Positions 37,340 through 45,867 of a DNA stretch of 64,000 nt are shown here, piece by piece. Source of the stretch: Candidatus Daviesbacteria bacterium (lineage in GTDB: Bacteria > Patescibacteriota > Microgenomatia > Daviesbacterales > UBA10151). The notes under the pieces were generated by a model. That model was given only the letters and a program-made list of their open reading frames with translations, did no database searches and was not told the origin of the DNA. Location: assembly GCA_016187035.1 (NCBI GenBank), contig JACPKL010000010.1:26014-90013 (forward strand), in the 5' to 3' direction. The translations under genes and the position numbers were made by a program. Each line of letters begins with the position of its first letter. The stretch's first letter is position 1.

Positions 37340-37833
37340 GTGTTCACCTTTCTTAATTGGCTCAATGCTTTTAAGGTTGCATAAACATTAGATGCTTTGT
37401 TCTTAGTGCCTAAAGATTTTGAAACAACATCATGTATACCAGCTGCCTCTACTACCACCCTTACAGCTCCTCCTGCAATTACTCCGCTGCCAATTGGCGC
37501 AGGTTTTAACAAAACCTGGGCTGCACCATATTTAACTAGGATTGGATGCGGGATAGTTCTACCTTTTAATGCGACATCAATTAAATGTTTTTTAGCATAA
37601 GTTGTAGCCTTCCTAATTGCTGATTGAACTTCAGTAGCTTTACCTAAACCAACCCCGACTTTCCCTTTTCTATCCCCCACCACCACCAAAACAGAAAGAG
37701 ATCTTTTATCTCCCCCTTGGGTCTTTTTAGAAACACGGTTAACTTGCACAACCCTTTCAAAAAACTCTGAATCAAATCCTAGTGAGTTTTTGTTATTTTG
37801 ATACCTTCTGTTAAATCTTCTATTTTGATCCAT
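37336..37833 (-). CDS. rpsE: 30S ribosomal protein S5
   Basis: The S5 dsRBD and C-terminal domain are present. It overlaps rplO directly, so no rpmD (L30) lies between them. Confidence 0.9.
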   Translation of the reverse strand: MDQNRRFNRRYQNNKNSLGFDSEFFERVVQVNRVSKKTQGGDKRSLSVLVVVGDRKGKVGVGLGKATEVQSAIRKATTYAKKHLIDVALKGRTIPHPILVKYGAAQVLLKPAPIGSGVIAGGAVRVVVEAAGIHDVVSKSLGTKNKASNVYATLKALSQLRKVNT

Positions 37834-37837
37834 AACT

Positions 37838-38185
37838 TTAAAATTTTAGTCCTCCTTCTCTTGCTCCTCTTGCCAACTCACTTATTCTACCTTGATATAC
37901 AAAACCACCCCTATCAAATACCACTGCTTTGATTTTAGCTTTAATTGCTTTGTCTGCTAATTGCCGACCTATTTTGTAAGCCTTTTCAATTTTAGCACCT
38001 GTCTCTTTCATATCAGATACAGCAACTACAGTTTTTCCTATATTATCATCAATGATTTGTGCATATATATGCTGATTAGATTTAAACACGGCAAGTCTTG
38101 GACGTTTTGCAGTTCCAGTTAAATATTTTCTTATCTTTGTATGTTTCTTTACTCTTAAATCTTTATTCATATAGATCTTTGTCAT
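37838..38185 (-). CDS. rplR: 50S ribosomal protein L18
   Basis: RPRLAVFKSNQHIYAQIIDD...FDRGGFVYQGRISELARGAREGGLKF. Confidence 0.9.
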   Translation of the reverse strand: MTKIYMNKDLRVKKHTKIRKYLTGTAKRPRLAVFKSNQHIYAQIIDDNIGKTVVAVSDMKETGAKIEKAYKIGRQLADKAIKAKIKAVVFDRGGFVYQGRISELARGAREGGLKF

Positions 38186-38245
38186 TCCTGCGAAGGCAGG
38201 AATCCATACAAATTATTTATGGATCCCGTATCAAGTACGGGATGA
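38181..38245. repeat. multi-hairpin GC-rich palindromic element in the rplF-rplR spacer, overlapping the rplR start codon
   Basis: gtcat-TCCTGCgaagGCAGGA-ATCCATAcaaattattTATGGAT-CCCGTAtcaagTACGGG-atgac. It comprises three local hairpins closed by the outer stem gtcat/atgac. It belongs to the widely seen repeat type that yields spurious SFLRRQESI / SRIKYGMT peptides, as in ORF 38098..38331. Confidence 0.7.
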
Positions 38246-38258
38246 CTCGCTTTGCTCA

Positions 38259-38822
38259 TCACTTAGCTCCTACTCCAGCAGCTCCTACTTTTGCGCTTTT
38301 TCCTACTTTCTTCCTGATATATTCTCCTTGATATCTGATACCTTTGCCTTTATAAGCATCCGGCATTTTAACTTTTTTTAGGTTAGCGGCAATTTGCCCG
38401 ACCAGTTGTTTATCAATCCCCGATACTTTTATTTTTGTATTATCTGTTACTTCAAAATTTATCCCCTCAATTGCCTCGATTTCAACAGGGTGAGAATACC
38501 CTACATTTAACACTAATTTTTGGCCATTAATTTGTGCTCTAAATCCTACACCCACTAGCTCTAAGTCTTTACTCCAACCCTGGACCACACCTATAACCAT
38601 ATTTGCTATTAAACTTCTTATTAGACCGTGCAAAGCCTTTACATTTTTTTGATCATCTTTTCTGCTAACTTTAATTTTCTCTCCTTCGATTTTCACCTCA
38701 ATGCCTGAATCTATTTTGAGATCAAGTTTACCTTTTGGACCTAAGACAGTGATCAGACCATTATTTTTTTCAACAGTTACTCCTGAAGGTATTAATATAA
38801 TTGAATTACCAATTCTACTCAT
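38259..38822 (-). CDS. rplF: 50S ribosomal protein L6
   Basis: MSRIGNSIILIPSGVTV...two L6 alpha/beta repeats. Confidence 0.9.
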   Translation of the reverse strand: MSRIGNSIILIPSGVTVEKNNGLITVLGPKGKLDLKIDSGIEVKIEGEKIKVSRKDDQKNVKALHGLIRSLIANMVIGVVQGWSKDLELVGVGFRAQINGQKLVLNVGYSHPVEIEAIEGINFEVTDNTKIKVSGIDKQLVGQIAANLKKVKMPDAYKGKGIRYQGEYIRKKVGKSAKVGAAGVGAK

Positions 38823-38834
38823 TTAACTTTAGAA

Positions 38835-39209
38835 TTACCAAACAAAGGCTAATACTTCTCCTCCTATTTTATTTTTTCTTGCTTGCTTATCAGTCATCAG
38901 GCCCCTTGGAGTAGAAATAATTGCAATACCTAAACCGCTTAATACATAAGGTAAATCAGCTACTCTTTTATAAATACGGAGTGATGGCTTAGAAATCCTT
39001 TTGATATCACTAATTGCTGGTTTCCTAGTAATATATTTCAAGGTCACAACAATCTCCCTATCTTTGCATTGGACACCTTCCAAAAATCCCTCATCTTTTA
39101 AGAGCTGCATTAGGTTGAAAATGAGTTTTGAATATCTCACCACCACAGATTGTTTACCTATCTGATAGCCATTTTTTATTCTAATTAATGCATCTGCAAC
39201 TATATCCAT
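38835..39209 (-). CDS. rpsH: 30S ribosomal protein S8
   Basis: DIVADALIRIKNG...GGEVLAFVW. Confidence 0.9.
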   Translation of the reverse strand: MDIVADALIRIKNGYQIGKQSVVVRYSKLIFNLMQLLKDEGFLEGVQCKDREIVVTLKYITRKPAISDIKRISKPSLRIYKRVADLPYVLSGLGIAIISTPRGLMTDKQARKNKIGGEVLAFVW

Positions 39210-39213
39210 TAGA

Positions 39214-39393
39214 TTACCAACTCGCTTTCTTTACTCCAGGCAACAATCCAAGATGTGCCAATTCTCGAAAACAAAGTCTACATAAACCGAATTTACGTAT
39301 ATACCCTCTAGGTCTTCCGCATCGCATACATCGGTTTCTCTTTTGAACTTCATATTTAAATTCATTTTTAACAATGTTACTTACTTTAGCCAT
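39214..39393 (-). CDS. rpsN: 30S ribosomal protein S14 type Z (zinc-binding; not in ORF track)
   Basis: [59 protein letters not shown]. Confidence 0.9.
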   Translation of the reverse strand: MAKVSNIVKNEFKYEVQKRNRCMRCGRPRGYIRKFGLCRLCFRELAHLGLLPGVKKASW

Positions 39394-39398
39394 ATATT

Positions 39399-39938
39399 TT
39401 ATGCTTTAAAAGGCATTCCTAAATATTCCAATAATTTCTTGCCAGTATCTTTATTTCTTGCTGTGGTAGTAATCGTTACTGCCATTCCCCTTGTTTTATC
39501 AATTGTTTTGTAATCTACTTCTGGAAAAATGGTTTGTTCTTTTAAACCAATATTTAAATTGCCATTATTATCAAAGGATTTTTCAGAAATCCCTCTAAAA
39601 TCTCTAACCTTTGGTAAAACTATATTGGTCAACTTGTCTAAGAAAGCATACATTCTATCCCCTCGCAACGTTACCATGACCCCTATTGATTGTCCTTTTG
39701 TAACTTTAAATGTTGCTATAGATTTTTTTGCATAAGTTGTGATTGGTGTTTGTCCAACTAAAGCCTTTATGTATACTTTAACTTTATCAAGCACCGAATG
39801 ATTATCCTTAGCCTCACCTAAGCCAACACTAATAACTATTTTTGATAACTTAGGTACTGCCAACTTATTCTTCAAAGCTAACTCTTGCTGTAATTTATCT
39901 CTGACTTCCTTGATGTATTTTTCTTTTAAACGATTCAT
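39399..39938 (-). CDS. rplE: 50S ribosomal protein L5
   Basis: 179 aa with the L5 blocks [15 protein letters not shown] and [14 protein letters not shown]. Confidence 0.9.
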   Translation of the reverse strand: MNRLKEKYIKEVRDKLQQELALKNKLAVPKLSKIVISVGLGEAKDNHSVLDKVKVYIKALVGQTPITTYAKKSIATFKVTKGQSIGVMVTLRGDRMYAFLDKLTNIVLPKVRDFRGISEKSFDNNGNLNIGLKEQTIFPEVDYKTIDKTRGMAVTITTTARNKDTGKKLLEYLGMPFKA

Positions 39939-39943
39939 GGGTT

Positions 39944-40252
39944 TTATTTATTTATCTCCTTTTTGCATTTTCTGCATATTCTAACTTTTGTTTTGTTTAT
40001 TATTTCAAAACCTACTCTTGCTACCTTATTGCAGTTAGGACAAACTAATCCTATATTTGATATATCTAAAGGCTTTGGAATATCAATTATTCCACCTTCT
40101 GCGCCTTGCATTTTTCTAACATGCCTTTTATAAAGATTTATTCCACCTACAAATACTCTGCTTTTCTTTGCTAAAACATATTCCACTTTACCTTCTTTTC
40201 CTCTATCTTTACCAAGTAAAATTTTCACTTTATCTCCTTTTTTTATCCTCAT
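39944..40252 (-). CDS. rplX: 50S ribosomal protein L24 (with Cys4 zinc-ribbon-like insert)
   Basis: The KOW motif is IKKGDKVKILLGKDRGKEG. CPNC...CRKC is present. Confidence 0.9.
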   Translation of the reverse strand: MRIKKGDKVKILLGKDRGKEGKVEYVLAKKSRVFVGGINLYKRHVRKMQGAEGGIIDIPKPLDISNIGLVCPNCNKVARVGFEIINKTKVRICRKCKKEINK

Positions 40253-40253
40253 A

Positions 40254-40622
40254 TCACCATACCTCCTGTGCTAAAGAAACTATTTTTGTATACCCTGCAT
40301 CTCTAACTTCTCTAGCAATTGGGCCAAATATACGTGTTGATCTAAGATTTCCTTCATCATCAATTAAGACAGCTGCATTATCATCAAATTTGATATAAGA
40401 ACCATCATCGCGTCTTGTCTCTTTTCTGCATCTGACTATAACCGCCTTTACTACTTCATGATCTTTAGCTTGTCCGTTAGAATCTGCTCCCTTAACAACT
40501 GCTACCACTCTTTGACCTAAAGCAGCTTTTCTTTTTTTAGATCCCCCCAGCGGTTGTATCACCTGCAAAACCTTAGCTCCACTATTATCTGCCACTGTTA
40601 ATCTACTCCTGTGTTGGACCAT
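40254..40622 (-). CDS. rplN: 50S ribosomal protein L14
   Basis: [17 protein letters not shown]... Confidence 0.9.
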   Translation of the reverse strand: MVQHRSRLTVADNSGAKVLQVIQPLGGSKKRKAALGQRVVAVVKGADSNGQAKDHEVVKAVIVRCRKETRRDDGSYIKFDDNAAVLIDDEGNLRSTRIFGPIAREVRDAGYTKIVSLAQEVW

Positions 40623-41048
40623 TTATTTTGTCTCCTTCTTTTTACTAGCTTTCTTCTTTTCAGAACGCCTCAGAGTATCAGTGTTTTCAAATTTATCAGA
40701 TCCACCGGAATTCTGATTTACTGGTTTTCCTAAGTTTTCAGAGTTTGCCGAACTTTCCTCTGGCATTACTTCAGAAATTATTTCTTCTGCCGCTTCTTTT
40801 AGTTCAATCCCGGCAATCTCTGCGATATCTTTACCTAATACTTTGACTACTCTCCAAGCCTTTCTTTTGGAAACAGGCTTACAGTTTATGAAACTGACTA
40901 TATCTCCTATTTTGACTCCAATCGGATCATCCACTAAGTAAGTTTTAGTTCTTACAAAGGTCTTTTTATACAAAGGGTGTATAGCAGTTCTTTCAACTAA
41001 AACAGCAGCAGTTTTAATAGAACTTGTAGAAACAACTCTTCCTATCAT
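40623..41048 (-). CDS. rpsQ: 30S ribosomal protein S17 (with ~60-aa C-terminal extension)
   Basis: An S17 OB core (GRVVS...HPLYKK..VRTKTY.V.D) is followed by an acidic and then a Lys-rich tail. Confidence 0.85.
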   Translation of the reverse strand: MIGRVVSTSSIKTAAVLVERTAIHPLYKKTFVRTKTYLVDDPIGVKIGDIVSFINCKPVSKRKAWRVVKVLGKDIAEIAGIELKEAAEEIISEVMPEESSANSENLGKPVNQNSGGSDKFENTDTLRRSEKKKASKKKETK

Positions 41049-41329
41049 TTTTGATCTCCTCGTTTTACCCGAAACTCAGATTGGCTTTCTGACTTTTCTG
41101 AGTTTTTCTGAACTTTTGACTCTAGTTCCATCAAAAGTTCTTTCTGTTTTAGAACAGTCAAAACCTTTGCTAAATCTTTTTTCTTTTTACTGATAGATTT
41201 TAAGTCCTTTAATTTTTTCATATTTTTATCCACTACTAAATCCATAAGCTCTTTTTTAAAAACCTCTACTTTTCCTTTTAGTTCTTTTAAATCTAAACCT
41301 TTAATTTCTATAAATTCCTGTCTTTTCAT
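41045..41329 (-). CDS. rpmC: 50S ribosomal protein L29 (extended)
   Basis: A helical hairpin protein in the canonical position between rplP and rpsQ. Confidence 0.8.
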   Translation of the reverse strand: MKRQEFIEIKGLDLKELKGKVEVFKKELMDLVVDKNMKKLKDLKSISKKKKDLAKVLTVLKQKELLMELESKVQKNSEKSESQSEFRVKRGDQK

Positions 41330-41356
41330 ATTTTTTTGACTCCTGTCAAAATATTT

Positions 41357-41770
41357 TTAGCTCTTTTCTACAAACTTGGTGCCAACTGGTAATTTATGTG
41401 CTGCCAATCTTAAAGCTTCTTCCGCAATCTCTTTTGTTACTGCTCCCATTTCAAAAAGCAACTGTCCTCTTCTTATAACAGCCACATACCCTTCTACATC
41501 TCCTTTGCCAGAGCCCATTCTTGATTCTGCTGGATGTTTGGTAACAGGTTTATCAGGAAAAATCCTTATCCAAATACGCCCGCCTCTTTGGGTATAATGA
41601 GCCATAGCCCTTCTTGCTGACTCAATTTGTTTGGCACTAATCCACCCAGCTGCCATAGCCTTTAACCCAAACACTCCAAAAGCCAGATTATTACCTCTGG
41701 TAGCAACACCAGTTCTCTTACCTTTAAACATTTTTCTGTGTTTACTTCTTTTCGGTTGTAATAGTGCCAT
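41357..41770 (-). CDS. rplP: 50S ribosomal protein L16
   Basis: [21 protein letters not shown]... Confidence 0.9.
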   Translation of the reverse strand: MALLQPKRSKHRKMFKGKRTGVATRGNNLAFGVFGLKAMAAGWISAKQIESARRAMAHYTQRGGRIWIRIFPDKPVTKHPAESRMGSGKGDVEGYVAVIRRGQLLFEMGAVTKEIAEEALRLAAHKLPVGTKFVEKS

Positions 41771-41833
41771 ACTAAATCTTAAGTTCTCCTTTACGTTTTT
41801 GGCGGAGACAAAAAGACAAAGGTGAGTTTATAA

Positions 41834-42475
41834 TCATAATTTTACCTCACCTTTATTTATCCAAACTTTTACTCCAACATATCCAGATTTGGTTAAGCTC
41901 GGGTAAACTGCAAAATCTATATCTGCTCTTAAAGTATGTAACGGCATTGTACCAGTTGCTTTCCATTCACGCCTGGCGATTTCTGCTCCACCAATCCTGC
42001 CAGATAAAACAATCCTAACCCCTTTTGCTCCAGCTCTCATTACCCGATCAATTGCTTGATTCATTACTCTTTGTGCTGGTAATCTTTTAGCTAACTGTTC
42101 TGCTATTGACTGGGCTACTAAATAAGCTGATGAGTCTGCTGATCTTAACTCCATCGGTGAAACTTCCAGATTATTTCCGTCTTTTATATTTAATGCTGAA
42201 AGTAAAAACTTTTTGGTTTCTGTTAAACCACTACCGCCTCTACCGATTAAAATCCCTGGTCTAGAAACAAAAATTATAACTTTTGTCTTATTAACTGCTC
42301 TTTCTATTTCTACGGATTGAATACCGGCAGGTCGAAGCTTTTTCATCAAAAGATCTCTAATTTTTATATCCTGACAAACAAACTGTTTATATTTAATCCC
42401 CTTGGCAAACCAGCGTGATTTCCATAGAGTTCCAATACCCATTCTAAAACCAACCGGGTGAATCTTTTGTCCCAT
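41834..42475 (-). CDS. rpsC: 30S ribosomal protein S3
   Basis: MGQKIHPVGFRMGI, with the KH domain and C-terminal domain. Confidence 0.9.
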   Translation of the reverse strand: MGQKIHPVGFRMGIGTLWKSRWFAKGIKYKQFVCQDIKIRDLLMKKLRPAGIQSVEIERAVNKTKVIIFVSRPGILIGRGGSGLTETKKFLLSALNIKDGNNLEVSPMELRSADSSAYLVAQSIAEQLAKRLPAQRVMNQAIDRVMRAGAKGVRIVLSGRIGGAEIARREWKATGTMPLHTLRADIDFAVYPSLTKSGYVGVKVWINKGEVKL

Positions 42476-42819
42476 TATTTTGCCTCCTTTACACTATCTG
42501 AAAGCACTATCTTGATATGACTCATTCTTTTTTTGTATGGCTTGACCCTTCCCCTTGTTCCAGCATGAAAGCGGCGCATCTTCATGCTTTCATTAACTTC
42601 AATCTTTTTAAAACCTATTTTCATGACGTCCGCACCGGCCTGCTTTGCATTAGCTAAACTTACTTCCAAAGCTTTTGCCAAATCTCTTGAAGCAGACTTT
42701 GGTGTAACCCGAAGTACATCCAGAGCCTTTAATGGATTCATTTTTCTCACCAAGTCAACCACTAGCCGCAGTTTTCTTGGTGAAGTATGAATATATTTCT
42801 GTATTGCAACTATTTCCAT
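42475..42819 (-). CDS. rplV: 50S ribosomal protein L22
   Basis: IHTSPRKLRLVVDLVR. Confidence 0.9.
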   Translation of the reverse strand: MEIVAIQKYIHTSPRKLRLVVDLVRKMNPLKALDVLRVTPKSASRDLAKALEVSLANAKQAGADVMKIGFKKIEVNESMKMRRFHAGTRGRVKPYKKRMSHIKIVLSDSVKEAK

Positions 42820-42823
42820 GTTT

Positions 42824-43108
42824 TTAAGTCTTTGATGTTGACTTTTCTGTCACCTTTCCGTGTGATCTAAATATTCTGGTTGGAGCAAACTCACCTAATC
42901 TATGACCAACCATTGATTCAGATACAAAAACTGTCACAAAATTTTTACCCTGATGTACTAAAAAAGTTAGTCCTACAAATTCCGGTGGAATTTGTGATTT
43001 TCTAGCCCAAGTTTTTATTGAGGTTTTTGCTCCTCCAGCTTTTTGAGCTAGCACTTTTTCCATTAGTTTTTTATCTATATATGGTCCTTTTTTAGTACTT
43101 CTAGACAT
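42824..43108 (-). CDS. rpsS: 30S ribosomal protein S19
   Basis: [12 protein letters not shown]...[11 protein letters not shown]. Confidence 0.9.
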   Translation of the reverse strand: MSRSTKKGPYIDKKLMEKVLAQKAGGAKTSIKTWARKSQIPPEFVGLTFLVHQGKNFVTVFVSESMVGHRLGEFAPTRIFRSHGKVTEKSTSKT

Positions 43109-43161
43109 AAATCTTAGATCCTTTGTCGCCTTTATGGCTCCTCAGGATGACGCAAAGCGTC
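43109..43161. repeat. GC-rich structured element filling the rplB-rpsS spacer
   Basis: gatcctttgtcgcctttatggctcctcaggatGACGCaaaGCGTC. It has a terminal hairpin gacgc/gcgtc overlapping the rplB stop, and ctttg/caaag complementarity. Confidence 0.5.
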
Positions 43162-43894
43162 ACTTTCTCCTTTTTAAAATATATTTATCACTCCATTTAC
43201 CTTTAACTCTTGTTTTACCAACTGCTGATCTACCATATTTTGTCATAGGATTCCTGCCTATTCCGGAACGGCCTTCTCCCCCACCGTGCGGATGAGAATC
43301 AGGATCTTGCGCTACTCCCCTAACTGTTGGCTTAATTCCCATATGGCGCGCTCTACCAGCCTTACCAATTACTCTTTGTTTAACTTCTTCATTGCCTAAT
43401 GCTCCAATTGTTGCTAAAGAATCTAAATTTACTTTTCTAACCTCCCCTGAAGGCAATTTTAAATGTGCAAACCCACCTTCTTTAGCTAAAAGCTGTAAAG
43501 CTACACCTGCACTTCTTCCTAGCTGTCCTCCTTTACCAGGAGAAAGCTCCACGTTATGAACCAAATTACCAATAGTGATATTTTTTAGCCTCATAGCATT
43601 TCCTATTTTTATCTCAGTTCTATCTGAAGAGACAATTTTATCTCCCAAGTTCAAACCTTTTGGAGCCAAAATATATCTGTATTCCCCATCTGCGTATTTA
43701 ATTAGAGCAATCTCAACATTCCTATTTGGATCATATTCTAACCCTACTACTTCACCTGTAACTCCAAATTTATCCCTTCTAAAATCTATGTTGCGGTAAT
43801 ATCTTTTATGCCTGCCTCCCTGGTGGCGGACTGTAATCATTCCGCCGGATCCTCTACCAGAATGTTTTTTCAGCAATACTTTTAATTTGTTCAT
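43160..43894 (-). CDS. rplB: 50S ribosomal protein L2 (N-terminally short, 244 aa)
   Basis: RHQGGRHKR.YR.IDF...GGGEGRS. About 30 N-terminal residues are missing relative to E. coli L2. Its start overlaps the rplW stop (TAATG), so no upstream coding room exists. Confidence 0.9.
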   Translation of the reverse strand: MNKLKVLLKKHSGRGSGGMITVRHQGGRHKRYYRNIDFRRDKFGVTGEVVGLEYDPNRNVEIALIKYADGEYRYILAPKGLNLGDKIVSSDRTEIKIGNAMRLKNITIGNLVHNVELSPGKGGQLGRSAGVALQLLAKEGGFAHLKLPSGEVRKVNLDSLATIGALGNEEVKQRVIGKAGRARHMGIKPTVRGVAQDPDSHPHGGGEGRSGIGRNPMTKYGRSAVGKTRVKGKWSDKYILKRRK

Positions 43895-44325
43895 TATTTT
43901 CCAGTAATTACCTTTCTTTGTGTTGTTGGAGCAGCTCCTACTGCAGATTTCTCCACTTTTACTTTTGTCCTGCCCAAAATATCCTTCTTCTCCTTCAGTT
44001 TAATTGGCTCTGCTTCGGCTGTGGTGACTACTGCTTCCTCTTCTTTTGGTGTCTCAAACAGGGGAATCTTAGTCTGTTTTCCGGTTTGAACAATAGCTTT
44101 TTTATAACCAGTGGTTTTATATAATTTTCTCACCCTTCTTTGGGATTTAACCTCACCTTTCACATTAAGGGTTTTAACAGAAATAACCTTGACATTAAAT
44201 TTCCCAGCTACAGCTTTGGCAATAGCTGCTTTATTGGCTTTCTTATCTACTTCAAAAGTATACTGGTGAACCTTTGCCAGCTCCATCGATTTCTCAGTTA
44301 TAATAGGCCGTTTAATTACAATCAT
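43894..44325 (-). CDS. rplW: 50S ribosomal protein L23 (with C-terminal extension)
   Basis: An L23 core (IKRPIITEKS...) is followed by a ~45-aa tail. Confidence 0.85.
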   Translation of the reverse strand: MIVIKRPIITEKSMELAKVHQYTFEVDKKANKAAIAKAVAGKFNVKVISVKTLNVKGEVKSQRRVRKLYKTTGYKKAIVQTGKQTKIPLFETPKEEEAVVTTAEAEPIKLKEKKDILGRTKVKVEKSAVGAAPTTQRKVITGK

Positions 44326-44984
44326 TTTTTTAATCCTTCCAAGGCATCTTTTGTAAGCAGCAATCTTGCATGTTTTAATACATCCAAGGCATTTATTAAA
44401 TTGATTGGTAAAACATCAACACCCGGGATGTTCTTAACTGCCCTTGCTAAATTATCCTGTTTTTTATCAGTTACAATTAAAGCGCTCTTAACAGCCAGTT
44501 TTTGCATTAATCTGGCTATTTCTTTAGTTTTTCCAGAGGCCTTATCTGTCCCTGATATTCCCAGAACTTCTTTGCCTTTTGCTTTTGACGAGAGAGCAGA
44601 GAATAAGGCTGCTTTTTTCATTTTCTTTGGTAAATCCAATCTAACTTTTCTACTCTTAGGACCAAAGACAATTCCTCCTCCCACAAAAATCGGCGCCCTG
44701 ATTGCACCGTGTCTAGCCCGCCCTGTTCCTTTTTGTCTATAGATTTTGGCTGTTGAACCAACTACTTCACCCCTAGTTTTAGTTGAACCATTAAGTTGCT
44801 TTTGATTAGTTGTATAAACCCTAATCGCTTGGGATAAAAGTTGTTTATTTACTTTAGCTCCAAAAATGTCTTTTGGTAAAGTTAAAGTAGTAGTACTTTT
44901 TTGACCACTTAAAGTATAAACAGGAATAGATAAATTACTCGTTGCCCGCGTACTTATTGATGATTCTTTCTTAACTCTTGGCAT
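44322..44984 (-). CDS. rplD: 50S ribosomal protein L4
   Basis: The start is trimmed to MPRVKKE (ATG 44984) with the SD GAAGGAGGGGA upstream. The L4 block is RQKGTGRARHGAIRAPIFVGGG. Confidence 0.9.
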   Translation of the reverse strand: MPRVKKESSISTRATSNLSIPVYTLSGQKSTTTLTLPKDIFGAKVNKQLLSQAIRVYTTNQKQLNGSTKTRGEVVGSTAKIYRQKGTGRARHGAIRAPIFVGGGIVFGPKSRKVRLDLPKKMKKAALFSALSSKAKGKEVLGISGTDKASGKTKEIARLMQKLAVKSALIVTDKKQDNLARAVKNIPGVDVLPINLINALDVLKHARLLLTKDALEGLKK

Positions 44985-45780
44985 TTTCCCCTCCTTCGTT
45001 ATTTGGTGTATCAGATGAAATCGGAGTATCAGTAGTTTGCTTGTCCGCCGACTCACTAACTTCTGATTTATCTGAAGCTCCTTCCTCTTCCTCGTCTACT
45101 TTTTCTTCAGGTGGTGGGGTATAACCTTTAACCCGACCAAATTTAGTTACTGTAACCAAACCTCCAATTGGGCCTGGCACAGCACCTTTAACAATTAAAT
45201 ACCCCTTAACTTTATCTATTCCAACAACTTCTAAATTCCTGACGCTGACTGACGCGCTGCCCATATGCCCTGCCATTTTCTTCCCTTTATATACCCTTCC
45301 CGGAGTAGTTCCGGAACCAATTGCCCCTGGAGCTCTTTGTCTATCTGATTGACCGTGAGTCCTTGGTCCACCATGGAATCCATGACGTTTAACAACTCCA
45401 GCAAATCCCCTGCCTTTTGAGACGCCGCTGACTTTAATTGAATCACCGATTGAAAAAACCTGGTCCAGCTTAATCTCTGTTCCAGGCTGTATAGTCCCGA
45501 GCGGACCTGTCCTGAGCGAAGTCGAAGGAGTCGAGGGATCTTCCATAATTTCGATTTCTCTAAACCAGCGAAGGGGTTGTTCAATACCAGCTTTTTTACC
45601 ATGTCCAATTTGAGGTTTTTTAACTGACTTTTTAGTACCAAACCCAAGTTGGACTGAGTTAGAATTAACTTGAGTTACAAAATTAGGACCTATCTGCAAA
45701 GCAGTAGCCCCTACTCTTCTACCCCGAGAGTCATAAGTACTAGTCATATTCTTTTTAATACCAAACAATGTGTTAAACAT
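44971..45780 (-). CDS. rplC: 50S ribosomal protein L3 (with in-frame repeat insertion and acidic C-terminal tail)
   Basis: The start is trimmed to MFNTLFGIKKNMT (ATG 45780), which aligns with the E. coli L3 N-terminus. FAGVVKRHGFHGGPRTHGQSDRQRAPGAIG is present. Confidence 0.9.
   Translation of the reverse strand: MFNTLFGIKKNMTSTYDSRGRRVGATALQIGPNFVTQVNSNSVQLGFGTKKSVKKPQIGHGKKAGIEQPLRWFREIEIMEDPSTPSTSLRTGPLGTIQPGTEIKLDQVFSIGDSIKVSGVSKGRGFAGVVKRHGFHGGPRTHGQSDRQRAPGAIGSGTTPGRVYKGKKMAGHMGSASVSVRNLEVVGIDKVKGYLIVKGAVPGPIGGLVTVTKFGRVKGYTPPPEEKVDEEEEGASDKSEVSESADKQTTDTPISSDTPNNEGGENAKS
45494..45540 (-). repeat. GC-rich mini-repeat inserted in frame in rplC
   Basis: The plus strand gtcccgagcggacctgtcctgagcgaagtcgaaggagtcgagggatc is read on the minus strand as [16 protein letters not shown]. 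The same core, with unit expansions, lies in fusA at 49314-49393. Confidence 0.8.
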
Positions 45781-45814
45781 AAAAAAGAGTGACCTGCCAA
45801 AGGCATAGTCACTC
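45781..45814 (-). terminator. terminator/attenuator-like hairpin plus U6 immediately upstream of the rplC ATG
   Basis: The minus strand reads GAGTGAC-ta-TGCC-ttt-GGCA-g-GTCACTC-TTTTTT-ATG. Confidence 0.55.
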
Positions 45815-45830
45815 AGTAATTGTGCCTTCA

Positions 45831-45867
45831 ATTGTCGTATCCTTCGACTTTGCTCAGGACGCACAAT
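45831..45867. repeat. inverted partial copy of the rplC/fusA repeat core, flanked by a short inverted repeat, in the rpsJ-rplC spacer
   Basis: attgtcg-tatccttcgactttgctcaggacg-cacaat. The core ccttcgactTtgctcaggac matches the reverse complement of the coding copies (ccttcgactTcgctcaggac) apart from a T/C difference. Confidence 0.6.

Noticed and set aside
38098-38331. A 77-aa plus-strand ORF (…SFLRRQESIQIIYGSRIKYGMTRFAH…).
   Set aside because: The open frame is created by the palindromic GC-rich repeat element and the antisense strands of rplR/rplF. This peptide type is a known annotation artefact of such repeats.
44140-44742. A 200-aa plus-strand ORF.
   Set aside because: It lies antisense to rplW/rplD, has a low-complexity Phe/Leu/Ser-rich translation, and has no independent signals.
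44985-45056. An N-terminal extension of rplD, and likewise of rplC (45781-45864) and the toxin/antitoxin ORFs.
   Set aside because: The extensions overlap upstream genes or structured spacers and lack homology to the protein families. Internal Met codons with SD sequences or promoter context fit better.
45231-45647. A 138-aa minus-strand ORF in an alternative frame within rplC.
   Set aside because: It overlaps the well-supported L3 frame. It is open partly because of the GC-rich repeat, and no independent evidence supports it.
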